64,000 nt of DNA from an uncultured Bacteroidota bacterium (GCA_963700635.1 CAVOYH010000004.1:832001-896000); one strand, 5' to 3'; positions 10,353 through 20,344 are shown, counted from the first letter of the stretch. Made by a program: numbers and translations. The notes: generated by a model from the sequence alone, not told the origin.

Positions 10353-11135
10353 ATGGACTTCCGTTTGATCCGCTATGCTGCCGGGGAGCGGGTGGCGCGT
10401 ATCACCCTCAACCGGCCCGAAAAACGTAACGCACTCGACGATGTTATGGTGGGGGAACTTACTTCCGCCTTTCTCGCTGCCGCACGTGATCCTGCCATAA
10501 AGGTCATTGTGCTCGCCGGGGCGGGTCCGGCCTTCTGCTCAGGAGCCGATCTTGTCCAGCTTGAACGGATGAGCACGTACGACCTGGAACAGAACCGCGC
10601 TGATTCCCTCCGCCTGGCCACATTGTTCAAGACGATGTATGAGGTAAGAAAGCCGGTGATCGGACTGGTACACGGACCCGCACTGGCCGGGGGGTGCGGG
10701 CTGGCTTCCCTGTGCGACTTTGTCCTGGCCGCGCGTGAACGGGCCCGCTTCGGTTACACCGAAGTGCATATCGGTTTTGTCCCCGCTATCGTCTCCGTCT
10801 ACCTTGCAAAACGTATTGGTGAAGGACGCGCCCGTGAGCTGATCCTGCGCGGAAATGTGCTCAGAGCGAAAGAAGCGGAAGAGATCGGACTAATCACCGC
10901 TGCGGTTCCCGATGACGAACTGGAACGTCGCGGGGCGGCACTGGTCCAGGAACTCATAACGGAGAACAGCGCAACGGCGATGGCGATGGCCAAAGAGATG
11001 CTGGGGAGAATGAACGGCATGAGCGTGCCGGATGCCATGGATTTTGCGGTGAACATGAATGCAGCGGCGCGTATGACGGCCGATTGTAAAAAAGGCGTGT
11101 TGGCGTTTTTGAACAAGCAAAAACCCGATTGGTGA
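10353..11135 (+). CDS. Enoyl-CoA hydratase/isomerase family (methylglutaconyl-CoA hydratase-like)
   Basis: ITLNRPEKRNAL, AFCSGADL, GPALAGGCGL, FGYTEVHIGFVP. Confidence 0.92.
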   Translation: MDFRLIRYAAGERVARITLNRPEKRNALDDVMVGELTSAFLAAARDPAIKVIVLAGAGPAFCSGADLVQLERMSTYDLEQNRADSLRLATLFKTMYEVRKPVIGLVHGPALAGGCGLASLCDFVLAARERARFGYTEVHIGFVPAIVSVYLAKRIGEGRARELILRGNVLRAKEAEEIGLITAAVPDDELERRGAALVQELITENSATAMAMAKEMLGRMNGMSVPDAMDFAVNMNAAARMTADCKKGVLAFLNKQKPDW

Positions 11136-11139
11136 CCGT

Positions 11140-11667
11140 ATGCATGAGGACCTTCTCCAGACCATCCGGAGTGTTCCCGATTTTCCCAAACAGGGGATTG
11201 TCTTCCGGGACATTACCACGCTGCTCAAAGATCCCGGTGCATTCACCCGGGCCGCCGATATCATGATCGCCCGGTACAAGGATGCCCGGGTTGACAAGGT
11301 GGTGAGCGTGGAATCGCGCGGATACATCTTCGGCTCTGTGCTCGCGTACCGCCTGAAGGCGGGTTTTGTCCCGGTGCGGAAACCCGGGAAACTTCCTGCA
11401 GAGACAATCCGTGAAGAATACCAGCTCGAATATGGCAGCGACGCGGTGGAGATACACACCGATGCTCTGCGCAAAGGGGAACGGGTTCTGGTCCATGACG
11501 ATCTGCTCGCCACCGGCGGCACGATCGAGGCCACGTGCAAACTTGTCCGGCGGCTCGGAGGCGAAATTGTGGGCGTTTCATTTCTCATCGAATTGAGTTT
11601 CCTGAAGGGCAGGGATCGGTTACAGGAATACGATGTGTCCTCCGTACTCGCCTACGACCGCGAATAG
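11140..11667 (+). CDS. apt: Adenine phosphoribosyltransferase
   Basis: PDFPKQGIVFRDIT, ESRG, RKPGKLP, YQLEYG, DDLLATGGT. Confidence 0.97.
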   Translation: MHEDLLQTIRSVPDFPKQGIVFRDITTLLKDPGAFTRAADIMIARYKDARVDKVVSVESRGYIFGSVLAYRLKAGFVPVRKPGKLPAETIREEYQLEYGSDAVEIHTDALRKGERVLVHDDLLATGGTIEATCKLVRRLGGEIVGVSFLIELSFLKGRDRLQEYDVSSVLAYDRE

Positions 11668-11690
11668 GTGGCGGACATAGGCAGGTGCGC

Positions 11691-11721
11691 GCGCCCGTGA
11701 CGGTTCGGGCGCCTTTTTTTT
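11691..11721 (+). terminator. Intrinsic terminator after apt
   Basis: GCGCCCG / CGGGCGC stem followed by an 8-T run. Confidence 0.8.
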
Positions 11722-11722
11722 G

Positions 11723-11788
11723 TTGCATTTGAGTCAGAATGGTGATATGTTTGAACGCCCCGTCACAGACTGACCGAAAAGTCATTCT
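11723..11788 (+). promoter_or_regulatory. Putative promoter and operator-like palindrome of the tetR-tolC-MFP-RND operon
   Basis: TTGCAT (11723-11728), 17 bp, TATGTT (11746-11751); AGACTGAC-cgaaaa-GTCATTCT inverted repeat at 11767-11788. Confidence 0.55.
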
Positions 11789-11819
11789 ATGGAATCGACG
11801 GTCATACCATCGCAACTCT

Positions 11820-12467
11820 ATGCCACCACCCAAACGGAAACAGAGCGTCCGCCGCCAGCGCCATCTCCGGGAACATCTCGCGCGGCGCGAAGACATCCTC
11901 ACCGCAGCCCGTAAGGTGTTCGCCCGACAGGGATACGGCAACGCAACGATGGATGCCATTGCGGCGCAGGCCGACTTCGGGAAGGGCACGGTCTATAATT
12001 ATTTCCGCAACAAAGCCGATCTTTTTACGCATGTTGTGCTTTCGCTGCTGGATGAATACGGCCGGACCCTGCAGCAGGCGATCCGTGAGGCCGGCGGGAC
12101 AAGGGCCGTTTTCGAGCGGTTTGCCAAAGAAGCGATCCTTCACTATCAGAAGAATGAAGATGTCACCCGCATCATTGTCAGAGAGATGAACAGGTTCACC
12201 GGGGAACAGGGTGATGCCGCATCCCGTGCCGTGTTTACGAAAATGGAGCACTCAGCCGGGCAGCTGGCCGGAGTGTTCACGGACGACAGTACATTCCGCG
12301 CGCTCTCCGGCGAAGAACAGGTGGAACTCGCCAGAGTCTTTCTTTCTCTTCTCCACGCCCGCACCATGCGGTTCATCATGCATGGACGGGGGATTCAACA
12401 CCTGGATGCCGCACGTGAGGCGGCATTCATCACCCGGTTGTTTTTTGACGGAGCAAACGCTTCCTAA
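11820..12467 (+). CDS. TetR/AcrR family transcriptional regulator
   Basis: ILTAARKVFARQGY, TMDAIA, GKGTVYNYFRNKADLF HTH. Confidence 0.93.
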   Translation: MPPPKRKQSVRRQRHLREHLARREDILTAARKVFARQGYGNATMDAIAAQADFGKGTVYNYFRNKADLFTHVVLSLLDEYGRTLQQAIREAGGTRAVFERFAKEAILHYQKNEDVTRIIVREMNRFTGEQGDAASRAVFTKMEHSAGQLAGVFTDDSTFRALSGEEQVELARVFLSLLHARTMRFIMHGRGIQHLDAAREAAFITRLFFDGANAS

Positions 12468-12483
12468 TATGGGCACCATTTCT

Positions 12484-13851
12484 ATGAAGCCGACATTTCT
12501 CCTCGTCTGTATTTTCCTCCTGTTCCATTCTGCCGGCGCGCAGACAGACACGCTTACCAATCGTCTGACGGTGGAAGATGCGGTGCGCGCGGCATTGATG
12601 AACAACCATGATCTTGTGGCTGCCAGGCTGGACGTTGAACGCGCAGACGCACGTGTGCAAGAAGCGTGGGGCACCGCACTCCCGAAGGTGGATCTGAAAG
12701 CCAACTATACGCGCACCCTCAAGAAACCGGTCTTCTTTCTTCCGGACTTCCTGAATCCGGGGAGCGGCAAGATCAGCGCCATCGAAATCGGATCCACTCA
12801 CGCGCTGGACATGAGTCTGCGGGCGGATCAGGTGCTGTTTAACTCGGCCGTTTTCATCGGAGTCGGCAGCGCACGGATTTATGCACGGGCGGCTCATGAA
12901 GTGTACCGTGCCAAAGAGGTGGAGGTTGTTGCCAATGCCCGAAAGGCCTTTTACGGTGTGCTGCTCTCCCACGACGCACTGTTGATGATGCAGGCGAATC
13001 TCAAAAACGCTGAAGAGAATCTGGGCAACGTGCGCCTGCTCGCCGCACAAGGGCTCGTGTCGGAGTACGATCTGCTGCGGGCCGAAGTCGCGCTGGCAAA
13101 CCTCCGGCCTGAAATTATCAGATCGGAAAATTCGTACCGGCAGGCCCTGAACGGGCTCAAGATCATGCTTGGCGTTCCCTATCTGACTGCTGTCAGGATT
13201 CAGGGTACCCTGGATCTGCAGCCCGTCGATGAAGATCTCCTGCGTGAGGCCACGGCCACTGTCCTGGAATCAAATCCCTCACTTGGCGCGCTACGCCATC
13301 AGGCGGATGTACATGACGCTATCGTCGCCGTTGAACGATCCGGCTACCTGCCCACTCTCTCTGCTTTTGGGACGTATGCCTATACATCCCAAAACAATCA
13401 GTTCAAATTCGCCCTCCCCGACTTTATCACGAGCTCTACGATCGGACTGTCGCTATCTATGAATATTTTTAACGGGCTCCAGACCAACGCCCGCGTGGAA
13501 CAGGCGCAGCTTGAGTCCAGAAAAACCCGGGAGTCCATTCTGGGACTCGAAAACACGCTTCAAACTTCGGTCGAATCTATTGTCCTGCAGATTCACAGGG
13601 CACGCCAACGGGTGGAAGCTCAGGCCAGGACAGTGGAGCAGGCTGAGAAGGGTTACCGCATTGCGACAACCCGGTACAAAAACGGAGCCGGCACACTGCT
13701 CGAAGTGAACGACGCCCAGCTTGCCCTGACACAGGCAAAGGTCAACCGGATGCAGGCTCTCTATGACCATCTTGTTGCCTCGGCTGATCTGGACCAGGCT
13801 CTGGGAAGGGTGCCCGCCGGGCTCACGCAGTCGGAACATGAACATGATTGA
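12484..13851 (+). CDS. TolC family outer membrane efflux protein (alternative start 12469)
   Basis: Signal peptide MKPTFLL...SAGAQ, two OEP repeats (ALPKVDL, YLPTLSA), YKNGAGTLLEVNDAQ. Confidence 0.93.
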   Translation: MKPTFLLVCIFLLFHSAGAQTDTLTNRLTVEDAVRAALMNNHDLVAARLDVERADARVQEAWGTALPKVDLKANYTRTLKKPVFFLPDFLNPGSGKISAIEIGSTHALDMSLRADQVLFNSAVFIGVGSARIYARAAHEVYRAKEVEVVANARKAFYGVLLSHDALLMMQANLKNAEENLGNVRLLAAQGLVSEYDLLRAEVALANLRPEIIRSENSYRQALNGLKIMLGVPYLTAVRIQGTLDLQPVDEDLLREATATVLESNPSLGALRHQADVHDAIVAVERSGYLPTLSAFGTYAYTSQNNQFKFALPDFITSSTIGLSLSMNIFNGLQTNARVEQAQLESRKTRESILGLENTLQTSVESIVLQIHRARQRVEAQARTVEQAEKGYRIATTRYKNGAGTLLEVNDAQLALTQAKVNRMQALYDHLVASADLDQALGRVPAGLTQSEHEHD

Positions 13852-13878
13852 ACGTATCCTAATGAGGACTGTACTTCC

Positions 13879-14931
13879 ATGAGAACTCTCCATCACGCTC
13901 TTTTTTTTCTTCCAATACTCCTTTGTATCGTCTGGGCAGGGTGCAGCAAGACTCCGGACACGCCGCCAGCGGAAACTGCCTCATCCTCCCCTGCGACGCT
14001 GGTGCGCGTTCAGGAAATCCGGCTGGAGCCCTTCGCTGAACTGTTGTCCATCGCAGGCGTTGTAAAAGCCCTCGACGATGTTTTGCTCAGCGCGGAAGAG
14101 GCGGGAGTCCTGAAGGAATGGAAGGCCGCGAAAGGGCAGTATGTCAGGAAGGGCGCCATTATCGCCCTGCTGAATGACGACGTGCTCCGCCCTTCCTTCC
14201 TTGCGGCGGAAGCTCAGTACAAGAATGCCGAAATGAACTACCAGAAACAGGCGAATGTCTACGCCGAGCAGGGCATCAGCGAGTTGCAATTCAAGTCGGC
14301 GGAATATGCCCGGGATGCGGCAAAGGCACAGGCCGACCTTGCCCGTGCGCGGTGGGAACGCACCCGGGTGAAAAGCCCGGTGGACGGCATCCTGGATGAT
14401 CACCTCGTGGATGAAGGGGAGATGACCTCTCCCGGCGCTCCGGTCGCCCGCATCGTCAATATCGACCGGGTCCGGATTCAGGTAAATGTCCCGGAACGGT
14501 ACGCCAGCACACTGAGGACTGGCGCCATGCTTCAGCTCAGCGTGCTCGCGTATCCAGACGAAACATTCAGGGGAAAAATCACGCACGTGGGCGCGACGGT
14601 GTCTGCGGACAACCGGACCATCGTCGTGGAGAGTATTATCACCAACCCCCGGAGGAAGCTAAAACCGGAGATGATTGCAAAATCTGAGATCGCCCGCTCA
14701 CAGGCGCGGGATGTGATTCTTGTCCGGGAGAATCTGGTGCAACAGATGGACCAGGGACTGTACGTCCTGTTTATCGAGCAGAACGGGAAGGCCATACAAC
14801 GAAAAGTCACCCTGGGCGCGCATATTGACGGGCGTGTCGAGGTGTCTTCTGGTCTTGCGGTGGGGGACCGGTTGATCATCAGCGGGTTCGAACAGATTGC
14901 CGACGGTCAACCAGTGACCGTTACACAGTAG
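13879..14931 (+). CDS. RND efflux periplasmic adaptor (MFP), lipoprotein
   Basis: WAGC lipobox-like site, VKSPVDG, VPERY, LKPEM, GLAVGDRLI. Confidence 0.93.
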   Translation: MRTLHHALFFLPILLCIVWAGCSKTPDTPPAETASSSPATLVRVQEIRLEPFAELLSIAGVVKALDDVLLSAEEAGVLKEWKAAKGQYVRKGAIIALLNDDVLRPSFLAAEAQYKNAEMNYQKQANVYAEQGISELQFKSAEYARDAAKAQADLARARWERTRVKSPVDGILDDHLVDEGEMTSPGAPVARIVNIDRVRIQVNVPERYASTLRTGAMLQLSVLAYPDETFRGKITHVGATVSADNRTIVVESIITNPRRKLKPEMIAKSEIARSQARDVILVRENLVQQMDQGLYVLFIEQNGKAIQRKVTLGAHIDGRVEVSSGLAVGDRLIISGFEQIADGQPVTVTQ

Positions 14932-14945
14932 GTCCGGAGTATACC

Positions 14946-17900
14946 ATGCGCCTTGCCAATATGGCCGTTGATAACAAAGTAGCCGTCTACATCCTCATGC
15001 TCATCATCTTCGTGCTCGGCTGGAGCTCCTATTCAGGATTGCCCCGGGAAGCCGCGCCGGACGTGAGTATCCCGCTGGTCATTGTCTCGACTCCGTATAT
15101 CGGCGTCTCGCCGGCCGATATCGAAGGACTTGTGACGCAGCCTCTCGAACGGAACCTGAAATCACTCAAAGACATCAAGCAGATCACCTCAGCCTCCAAG
15201 GAAGGACTCTCCACGATCCGTGTGGAGTTCACCGTCGGTGTGGACACCGATGACGCGCTTCGCCGGGTGCGGGATGAGGTGAATTCCACGCGCCCGGAAT
15301 TGCCGGCCGATATCCTTGACCCGATTATCTCGGAGATCAATTTTAGCGAATTCCCGATTATGTACGTAAACGTGCAGGGATCGATCGGGATTGCGCGGCT
15401 GAAGTCCATCGCAGAAGATCTGCAGGATGAATTCGAATCCATCCCGGGTGTGCTCAGGGCGGACATCTCGGGCGGTCTCCAACCCGAGGTGCAGGTAAAC
15501 TGTGACGTGAATCTTCTGAATGGCTACAAAGTGTCGTTTGATGACGTTGCGAATGCCATCCGGTCGGAAAACGTCACCATACCCGGCGGTGTGCTGGATG
15601 ACAAGTTCACGGCAACCTCTCTCCGGGTACCCGGAGAGTACAAAAGAGTCCGGCCGCTGGAAGATATTATCATCCGGTTGCAGAACGGTCTGCCCATCTA
15701 CGTCCGGGATGTCGCAACGGTGGAGTATGCCTTCGAGGACCGGAAGACGTATGCCCGGTTGAACGGCGAAGAAGTGGTCACGCTCGCGGTTCGGAAACGT
15801 GCGGGGGAAAATCTTGTGCGAATTGCAGAGGAAGTCAAAACGCTCACCGCCAACGCCAGAGCGCGCCTCCCGGAAGGGGTCTCACTGGTAGTCTCCAACG
15901 ATCAGTCGATCTTTATCAGCCGGAGCGTCCATGAACTGGAAAACAGCATCATGACCGGCATGGTGCTCGTCGTGCTTGTGTTGTTTATGTTCTTCGGATT
16001 CAAGAATTCCCTGCTTATCTCGACGGCGATTCCACTTTCCATGTTTATCGGCTTCATCATTCTTTCCCTTTCCGGGATCACGCTGAATTTTGTGGTGTTG
16101 TTCGGACTTGTGCTGGTCCTGGGTATCGTTGTGGACGACGCCATTGTGATCATCGAAAACATCTACCGTCACCAGCAGATCTACGACAAACCGCCTGACA
16201 TAGCGGCAAAGGACGGGGTTGCAGAAGTTGCCGTGCCGGTGGCCACCTCGACCATTACGACCCTTGCGGCCTTTGTCCCGCTGCTGTTCTGGCCGGGCGT
16301 GGTGGGGGATTTTATGAAGTATCTCCCCCTCACCCTTATTTTTACAATGGGTGCCTCGCTGTTCGTCGCCTATGTGATCAGCCCGGTCCAGGGCGCGCGA
16401 TGGATCAACTACCGGAGGGAGATCCGCAAGGCGAAGGAAAATCTCGCGCATCCCCACTGGTACAAAAAGTACAATCCGTTCACGATTGTCTATCACAAAG
16501 TGGACGAGCAGTTTTTCCCCTGGTCAATCACACACTACACGAGGACATTACGCTGGACCCTGCGACACAAGGGGAAGACCATGATTCTGGCCATGAGTTT
16601 TCTGATCGTGGTGATGATCCTGTTCGGGATCTTTAATCAGGGTATTGTCTTTTTTCCTGAAACACAGCCCAATCTGATCAATGTGAGCATCGAGATGCCA
16701 CCGGGTACGGCCCTCGAGCGGACCGATCAGACCGGCAAGCTGGTGGAGGAACAGTTGCGCGGGGTGGGCGGACACAGGGACATGGAGTTCGTGGTTTCGA
16801 GTATCGGTACATCCGATGATCCTTTTGATTTCGGCGGTCAGGGCACGTCGAACAAAGGCAGGATCGCTATCACGTTTTACCGGAAGGCGGATCGGAGCCA
16901 GAGCAGTTTTGTGACACTCCAGGAGGTGCGTGAACAGGCGAAACAGATCCGGGGAGGCAACCTGAAAGTCACAAAACAGCAGATGGGGCCTCCGGTGGGC
17001 GCGCCGGTGAGCGTTGAGATCGTGGGAGAGGACTACGCGCAGCTTGCGGCGTTAAGCGCGCAGATCCAGGGCCGTATCCGTTCGATACCGGGTCTGGTTG
17101 ACCTGAAAGATAACTTTAACACAGGCAAACCGGAAATAGAAGTGGACGTCGACCGGGAGAAAGCAGCGCTCTTCTGGATGACCACCTCCCAGATCGCATC
17201 AACCGTGCGGGCGGCGGTGAATGGCGTTGAGGCTTCAAAATTCAGGGTTGGTGAGGATGAATACAAGATCCGGGTGCGCCTTCGCGAAGATCAACGGCGT
17301 TCCATCAACGACCTGTCGAACCTGCACGTAACGTTTATGAACAAAAGGGGCAAACTTCTGAGCGTACCGATTGTCGCGGTGGCCTCGGTCCGGAACACGA
17401 CGTCTGTCGCGGATATCCAGCGTAAAGACCAAAAACGTGTGATCACGATCACCGGCGAAGTGCAGGACCGCAACGCATCGGAGGTGTTGCAGGAGGTAAA
17501 GACAACACTTGCGGCCACACAACTACCGGCGGGCTACAGCATCCGGTACACCGGCCAGGATGAGGAACAGGCCAAGGCCTCGGCTTTTCTCGCTACCGCA
17601 TTTATCGTGACGCTCTTGCTGGTGTTTATGGTGCTGGTGAGCGAATTTAATTCGGTCCTTGTCCCGTTTGTGATCATGGGCTCGGTCTTTCTCTCTCTGA
17701 TCGGCGTCTTTATCGGTTTGCTTGTGACGCTCACACCATTCAGCGTGATCATGACCGGGGTGGGCGTGATTGCGCTGGCCGGCATCGTCGTGAAGAATGC
17801 GATCGTGCTGCTGGATTTTATGAAACAGCTGCGGGAGGAAGGAATGTCGCTGGAGGAGGCGCTCGTCGAGGCCGGCCGGACCAGGCTCCGGCCGGTGGTG

Positions 17901-18170
17901 CTGACGGCCTGTACGACCGTGCTCGGGATCATCCCGCTTGCAACAGGAATAGATTTTGACTGGCGTTCATTCCAGCCGGTGTTCGGTGCGGAGAGCGCTG
18001 ATTTCTGGCGCCCTCTGGGTGTGGCCATCATCTTCGGGCTTACCGTGTCCACGTTCCTGACGCTTGTTATCGTTCCGACGTTCTATGCGTTGCTGGAGGA
18101 ATGGACACTAAAGTCAAAAATGTTTGTGAAGAAATTGCTCCGGCTGGATACGGAGGAGCAAGCGGCCTGA
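14946..18170 (+). CDS. RND efflux permease (AcrB/AcrD/AcrF family)
   Basis: 1074 aa; GIVVDDAIVIIEN, GIVVKNAIVLLD and RLRPVVLT proton-relay motifs. Confidence 0.96.
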   Translation: MRLANMAVDNKVAVYILMLIIFVLGWSSYSGLPREAAPDVSIPLVIVSTPYIGVSPADIEGLVTQPLERNLKSLKDIKQITSASKEGLSTIRVEFTVGVDTDDALRRVRDEVNSTRPELPADILDPIISEINFSEFPIMYVNVQGSIGIARLKSIAEDLQDEFESIPGVLRADISGGLQPEVQVNCDVNLLNGYKVSFDDVANAIRSENVTIPGGVLDDKFTATSLRVPGEYKRVRPLEDIIIRLQNGLPIYVRDVATVEYAFEDRKTYARLNGEEVVTLAVRKRAGENLVRIAEEVKTLTANARARLPEGVSLVVSNDQSIFISRSVHELENSIMTGMVLVVLVLFMFFGFKNSLLISTAIPLSMFIGFIILSLSGITLNFVVLFGLVLVLGIVVDDAIVIIENIYRHQQIYDKPPDIAAKDGVAEVAVPVATSTITTLAAFVPLLFWPGVVGDFMKYLPLTLIFTMGASLFVAYVISPVQGARWINYRREIRKAKENLAHPHWYKKYNPFTIVYHKVDEQFFPWSITHYTRTLRWTLRHKGKTMILAMSFLIVVMILFGIFNQGIVFFPETQPNLINVSIEMPPGTALERTDQTGKLVEEQLRGVGGHRDMEFVVSSIGTSDDPFDFGGQGTSNKGRIAITFYRKADRSQSSFVTLQEVREQAKQIRGGNLKVTKQQMGPPVGAPVSVEIVGEDYAQLAALSAQIQGRIRSIPGLVDLKDNFNTGKPEIEVDVDREKAALFWMTTSQIASTVRAAVNGVEASKFRVGEDEYKIRVRLREDQRRSINDLSNLHVTFMNKRGKLLSVPIVAVASVRNTTSVADIQRKDQKRVITITGEVQDRNASEVLQEVKTTLAATQLPAGYSIRYTGQDEEQAKASAFLATAFIVTLLLVFMVLVSEFNSVLVPFVIMGSVFLSLIGVFIGLLVTLTPFSVIMTGVGVIALAGIVVKNAIVLLDFMKQLREEGMSLEEALVEAGRTRLRPVVLTACTTVLGIIPLATGIDFDWRSFQPVFGAESADFWRPLGVAIIFGLTVSTFLTLVIVPTFYALLEEWTLKSKMFVKKLLRLDTEEQAA

Positions 18171-18176
18171 CGATCA

Positions 18177-18333
18177 GTGCGGACAACAGGGCGTGAGGGG
18201 GGGTGTGATCAAGCGGGCATGATGAAGGGTGTGGTCAGGAGTGTATGCTCGATGATGGTGGGGTCAGTAGGGCCTGATGGATGACGCGGTCCGTAGTGCC
18301 TGATCGACGAAGGTGCGGTCAGGATTGCCTGAT
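18177..18333. repeat. Degenerate tandem array of six 21-nt cores (consensus about GTGYGGTCAGGAGTGCCTGAT) with 26/29-bp period
   Basis: Cores start at 18177, 18203, 18229, 18258, 18284 and 18313, read directly from the sequence. Confidence 0.75.
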
Positions 18334-18846
18334 GGGGATGTGCTGCCGGAGGATCCGCCGCGCAATAACACGGGTGGCTGCCAGGTACACGGTTAGTGTC
18401 TCGATCAACACGGCGTCCTCTTCTTCTACCCCGGTCAGATTCCAGAGGAACTCGCGCCCCAGAGCGGGGGGGAGGGCAGGGTCGGTGTGCCGTTCCATGC
18501 TCCGGAAATACTCGGCAAAGTGCTCGCCCAGGACGACCCTCCACTCATCCACGTGGCCATCTGTGGCACCCTGTTCGCGCAAATGGCGTATAAATTCTCC
18601 CTCAAGTCCTTTGCGAACAGACTCCCGCACCGGTGAAAAGGATGTCTCCTCAATGGCGAGAACTGCAGCAAACATACATCCGATCATCACCTCCCCCTCG
18701 AAGTGATCCCCGAGCCGGCCCGGGTGCCGTAGAAACGATTCACGTAACCGGTCCAGTGAAAGTATTCCGGATCCGGAGACTTCCTGCCGGAGGTGCTCGT
18801 AGAGGAGGACTCCGGTCTCTTCAGGCGTTGGGTTACGTGTTCCCAT
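18319..18846 (-). CDS. Hypothetical protein (acidic, probably helical)
   Basis: 175-aa ORF with a well-placed promoter directly upstream; no motif recognised. Confidence 0.75.
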   Translation of the reverse strand: MGTRNPTPEETGVLLYEHLRQEVSGSGILSLDRLRESFLRHPGRLGDHFEGEVMIGCMFAAVLAIEETSFSPVRESVRKGLEGEFIRHLREQGATDGHVDEWRVVLGEHFAEYFRSMERHTDPALPPALGREFLWNLTGVEEEDAVLIETLTVYLAATRVIARRILRQHIPIRQS

Positions 18847-18852
18847 GGTTTC

Positions 18853-18881
18853 ATAATAGAAGAGGCAGGCTACAATGTCAA
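18853..18881 (-). promoter_or_regulatory. Near-consensus promoter giving a leaderless mRNA
   Basis: Minus strand TTGACA (18881-18876), 17 bp, TATTAT (18858-18853); ATG 6 nt downstream. Confidence 0.7.
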
Positions 18882-18915
18882 GTCCCGGACCCCGGCGAGG
18901 ATTTAGCGGGTCTGG

Positions 18916-18944
18916 TTGCTATCCTCATCGATTCGCCGTAGATT
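18916..18944 (+). promoter_or_regulatory. Putative tnaA promoter
   Basis: TTGCTA (18916-18921), 17 bp, TAGATT (18939-18944). Confidence 0.45.
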
Positions 18945-18970
18945 TTGACGAGCATTCATCCGAGGCTTGT

Positions 18971-20344
18971 ATGAAAACCATCATTGAACCATTTAAGATC
19001 AAGTCGGTCGAACCGATCAAGTTCACCACGGTGGAAGAACGGGAGACCGTATTGAAGCGGGGGTGGAACAATTTGTTCCTCATTCCTGCGGAAGACGTAC
19101 TTATCGATCTCCTGACCGACAGCGGAACATCCGCCATGAGCGCAGATCAATGGGCGGGCATGATGCGGGGGGATGAGTCGTATGCCGGGGCGAGGAGTTT
19201 TTACCGTTTTGAAAAAAAAGTGCGTTCACTTACGGGATTCAGTCATGTCATCCCCACACATCAGGGGCGAGCCGCAGAGAAGATCCTCTTCTCCATCACC
19301 GGCGGCAAGGGGAAGTACTTCCCGAACAACTCTCATTTTGACACTACGCGGGCGAATGTAGAGTTTACAGGCGCAGAAGCGGTGGATTTGCTCTGCGAGG
19401 AAGGCAAGGACCCGGATACGCCGGCAGACTTCAAAGGCAATATGGATCTCGAAGGGCTTGCCCGGTTCATCAGGAACGTCGGACGTGCAAATATTCCGCT
19501 CTGTATGATCACCATAACAAACAACTCCGGCGGCGGACAACCTGTGTCCATGGCGAATATCAGGGCTACGAAGGAGCTGTGCGCACGGAACGGAATTCCG
19601 CTGTTCCTTGACGCCTGCAGATTTGCGGAAAACGCATATTTTATCAAGCGTAGAGAATCGGGCTATTCCAGCCGCAGTGTGGAAAGTATCGCGCAGGAGA
19701 TGTTTTCACTCGCAGACGGCGCGACGATGAGCGCAAAAAAGGACGCCCTGGTCAACATGGGCGGGTTTCTCGCACTCAATGATGAAAACCTGGCCACACG
19801 CGCCAGGAATCTTCTTATCGTCACCGAAGGATTCCCGACCTACGGGGGTCTGGCAGGGAGGGACCTTGAGGCTATCGCTCAGGGGCTGGATGAGATTGTC
19901 GACGAGCACTACCTGCAGTACCGGATCAGGTCGGTTGAGTATCTGGGCGAGCGGCTTTCTGCCGAGGGGGTTCCCATACTCCTGCCACCGGGCGGACACG
20001 CCATCTACCTGAACGCCCGGAAATTCCTCCCTCAAATTCCTGTTGACCAGTACCCCGGCCAGGCCCTGGCGCTTGAACTGTACCGCCGGAGCGGTATACG
20101 GTCGGTCGAGATAGGGAGCGTAATGTTTGGAAAGTATGATAGGGACAAAAAGCTGATTCCGGCCCGGATGGAGCTTGTGCGTCTCGCCATCCCCCGCAGG
20201 GTCTACACGCAAAGCCATATTGATTATGTTATTGAAGCCGTGCTGGAGGTATTCCACGAAAGGGAGAGTCTCAGCGGCGTTCGAATAGTTGAAGAGGCCC
20301 CGATCCTCCGCCATTTCACCGCCAAGTTCGAGAAAGTTGTTTAA
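18971..20344 (+). CDS. tnaA: Tryptophanase (tryptophan indole-lyase)
   Basis: EPFKIKSVE, IDLLTDSGT, THQGR, SAKKD (PLP lysine), LRHFTA (His form typical of tryptophanase; tyrosine phenol-lyase has LRFFT). Confidence 0.92.
   Translation: MKTIIEPFKIKSVEPIKFTTVEERETVLKRGWNNLFLIPAEDVLIDLLTDSGTSAMSADQWAGMMRGDESYAGARSFYRFEKKVRSLTGFSHVIPTHQGRAAEKILFSITGGKGKYFPNNSHFDTTRANVEFTGAEAVDLLCEEGKDPDTPADFKGNMDLEGLARFIRNVGRANIPLCMITITNNSGGGQPVSMANIRATKELCARNGIPLFLDACRFAENAYFIKRRESGYSSRSVESIAQEMFSLADGATMSAKKDALVNMGGFLALNDENLATRARNLLIVTEGFPTYGGLAGRDLEAIAQGLDEIVDEHYLQYRIRSVEYLGERLSAEGVPILLPPGGHAIYLNARKFLPQIPVDQYPGQALALELYRRSGIRSVEIGSVMFGKYDRDKKLIPARMELVRLAIPRRVYTQSHIDYVIEAVLEVFHERESLSGVRIVEEAPILRHFTAKFEKVV

Noticed and set aside
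12211-12483. Long N-terminal extensions in the ORF track (TolC from 12211; likewise punA 2890, PASTA 6492, tetR 11739, tnaA 18875, barrel 51632)
   Set aside because: They overlap neighbouring genes or promoters; downstream starts give proper signal peptides or family N-termini
18177-18333. Tandem array considered as a CRISPR array
   Set aside because: Inter-core gaps are only 5-8 nt, the cores are highly degenerate and no cas genes are present
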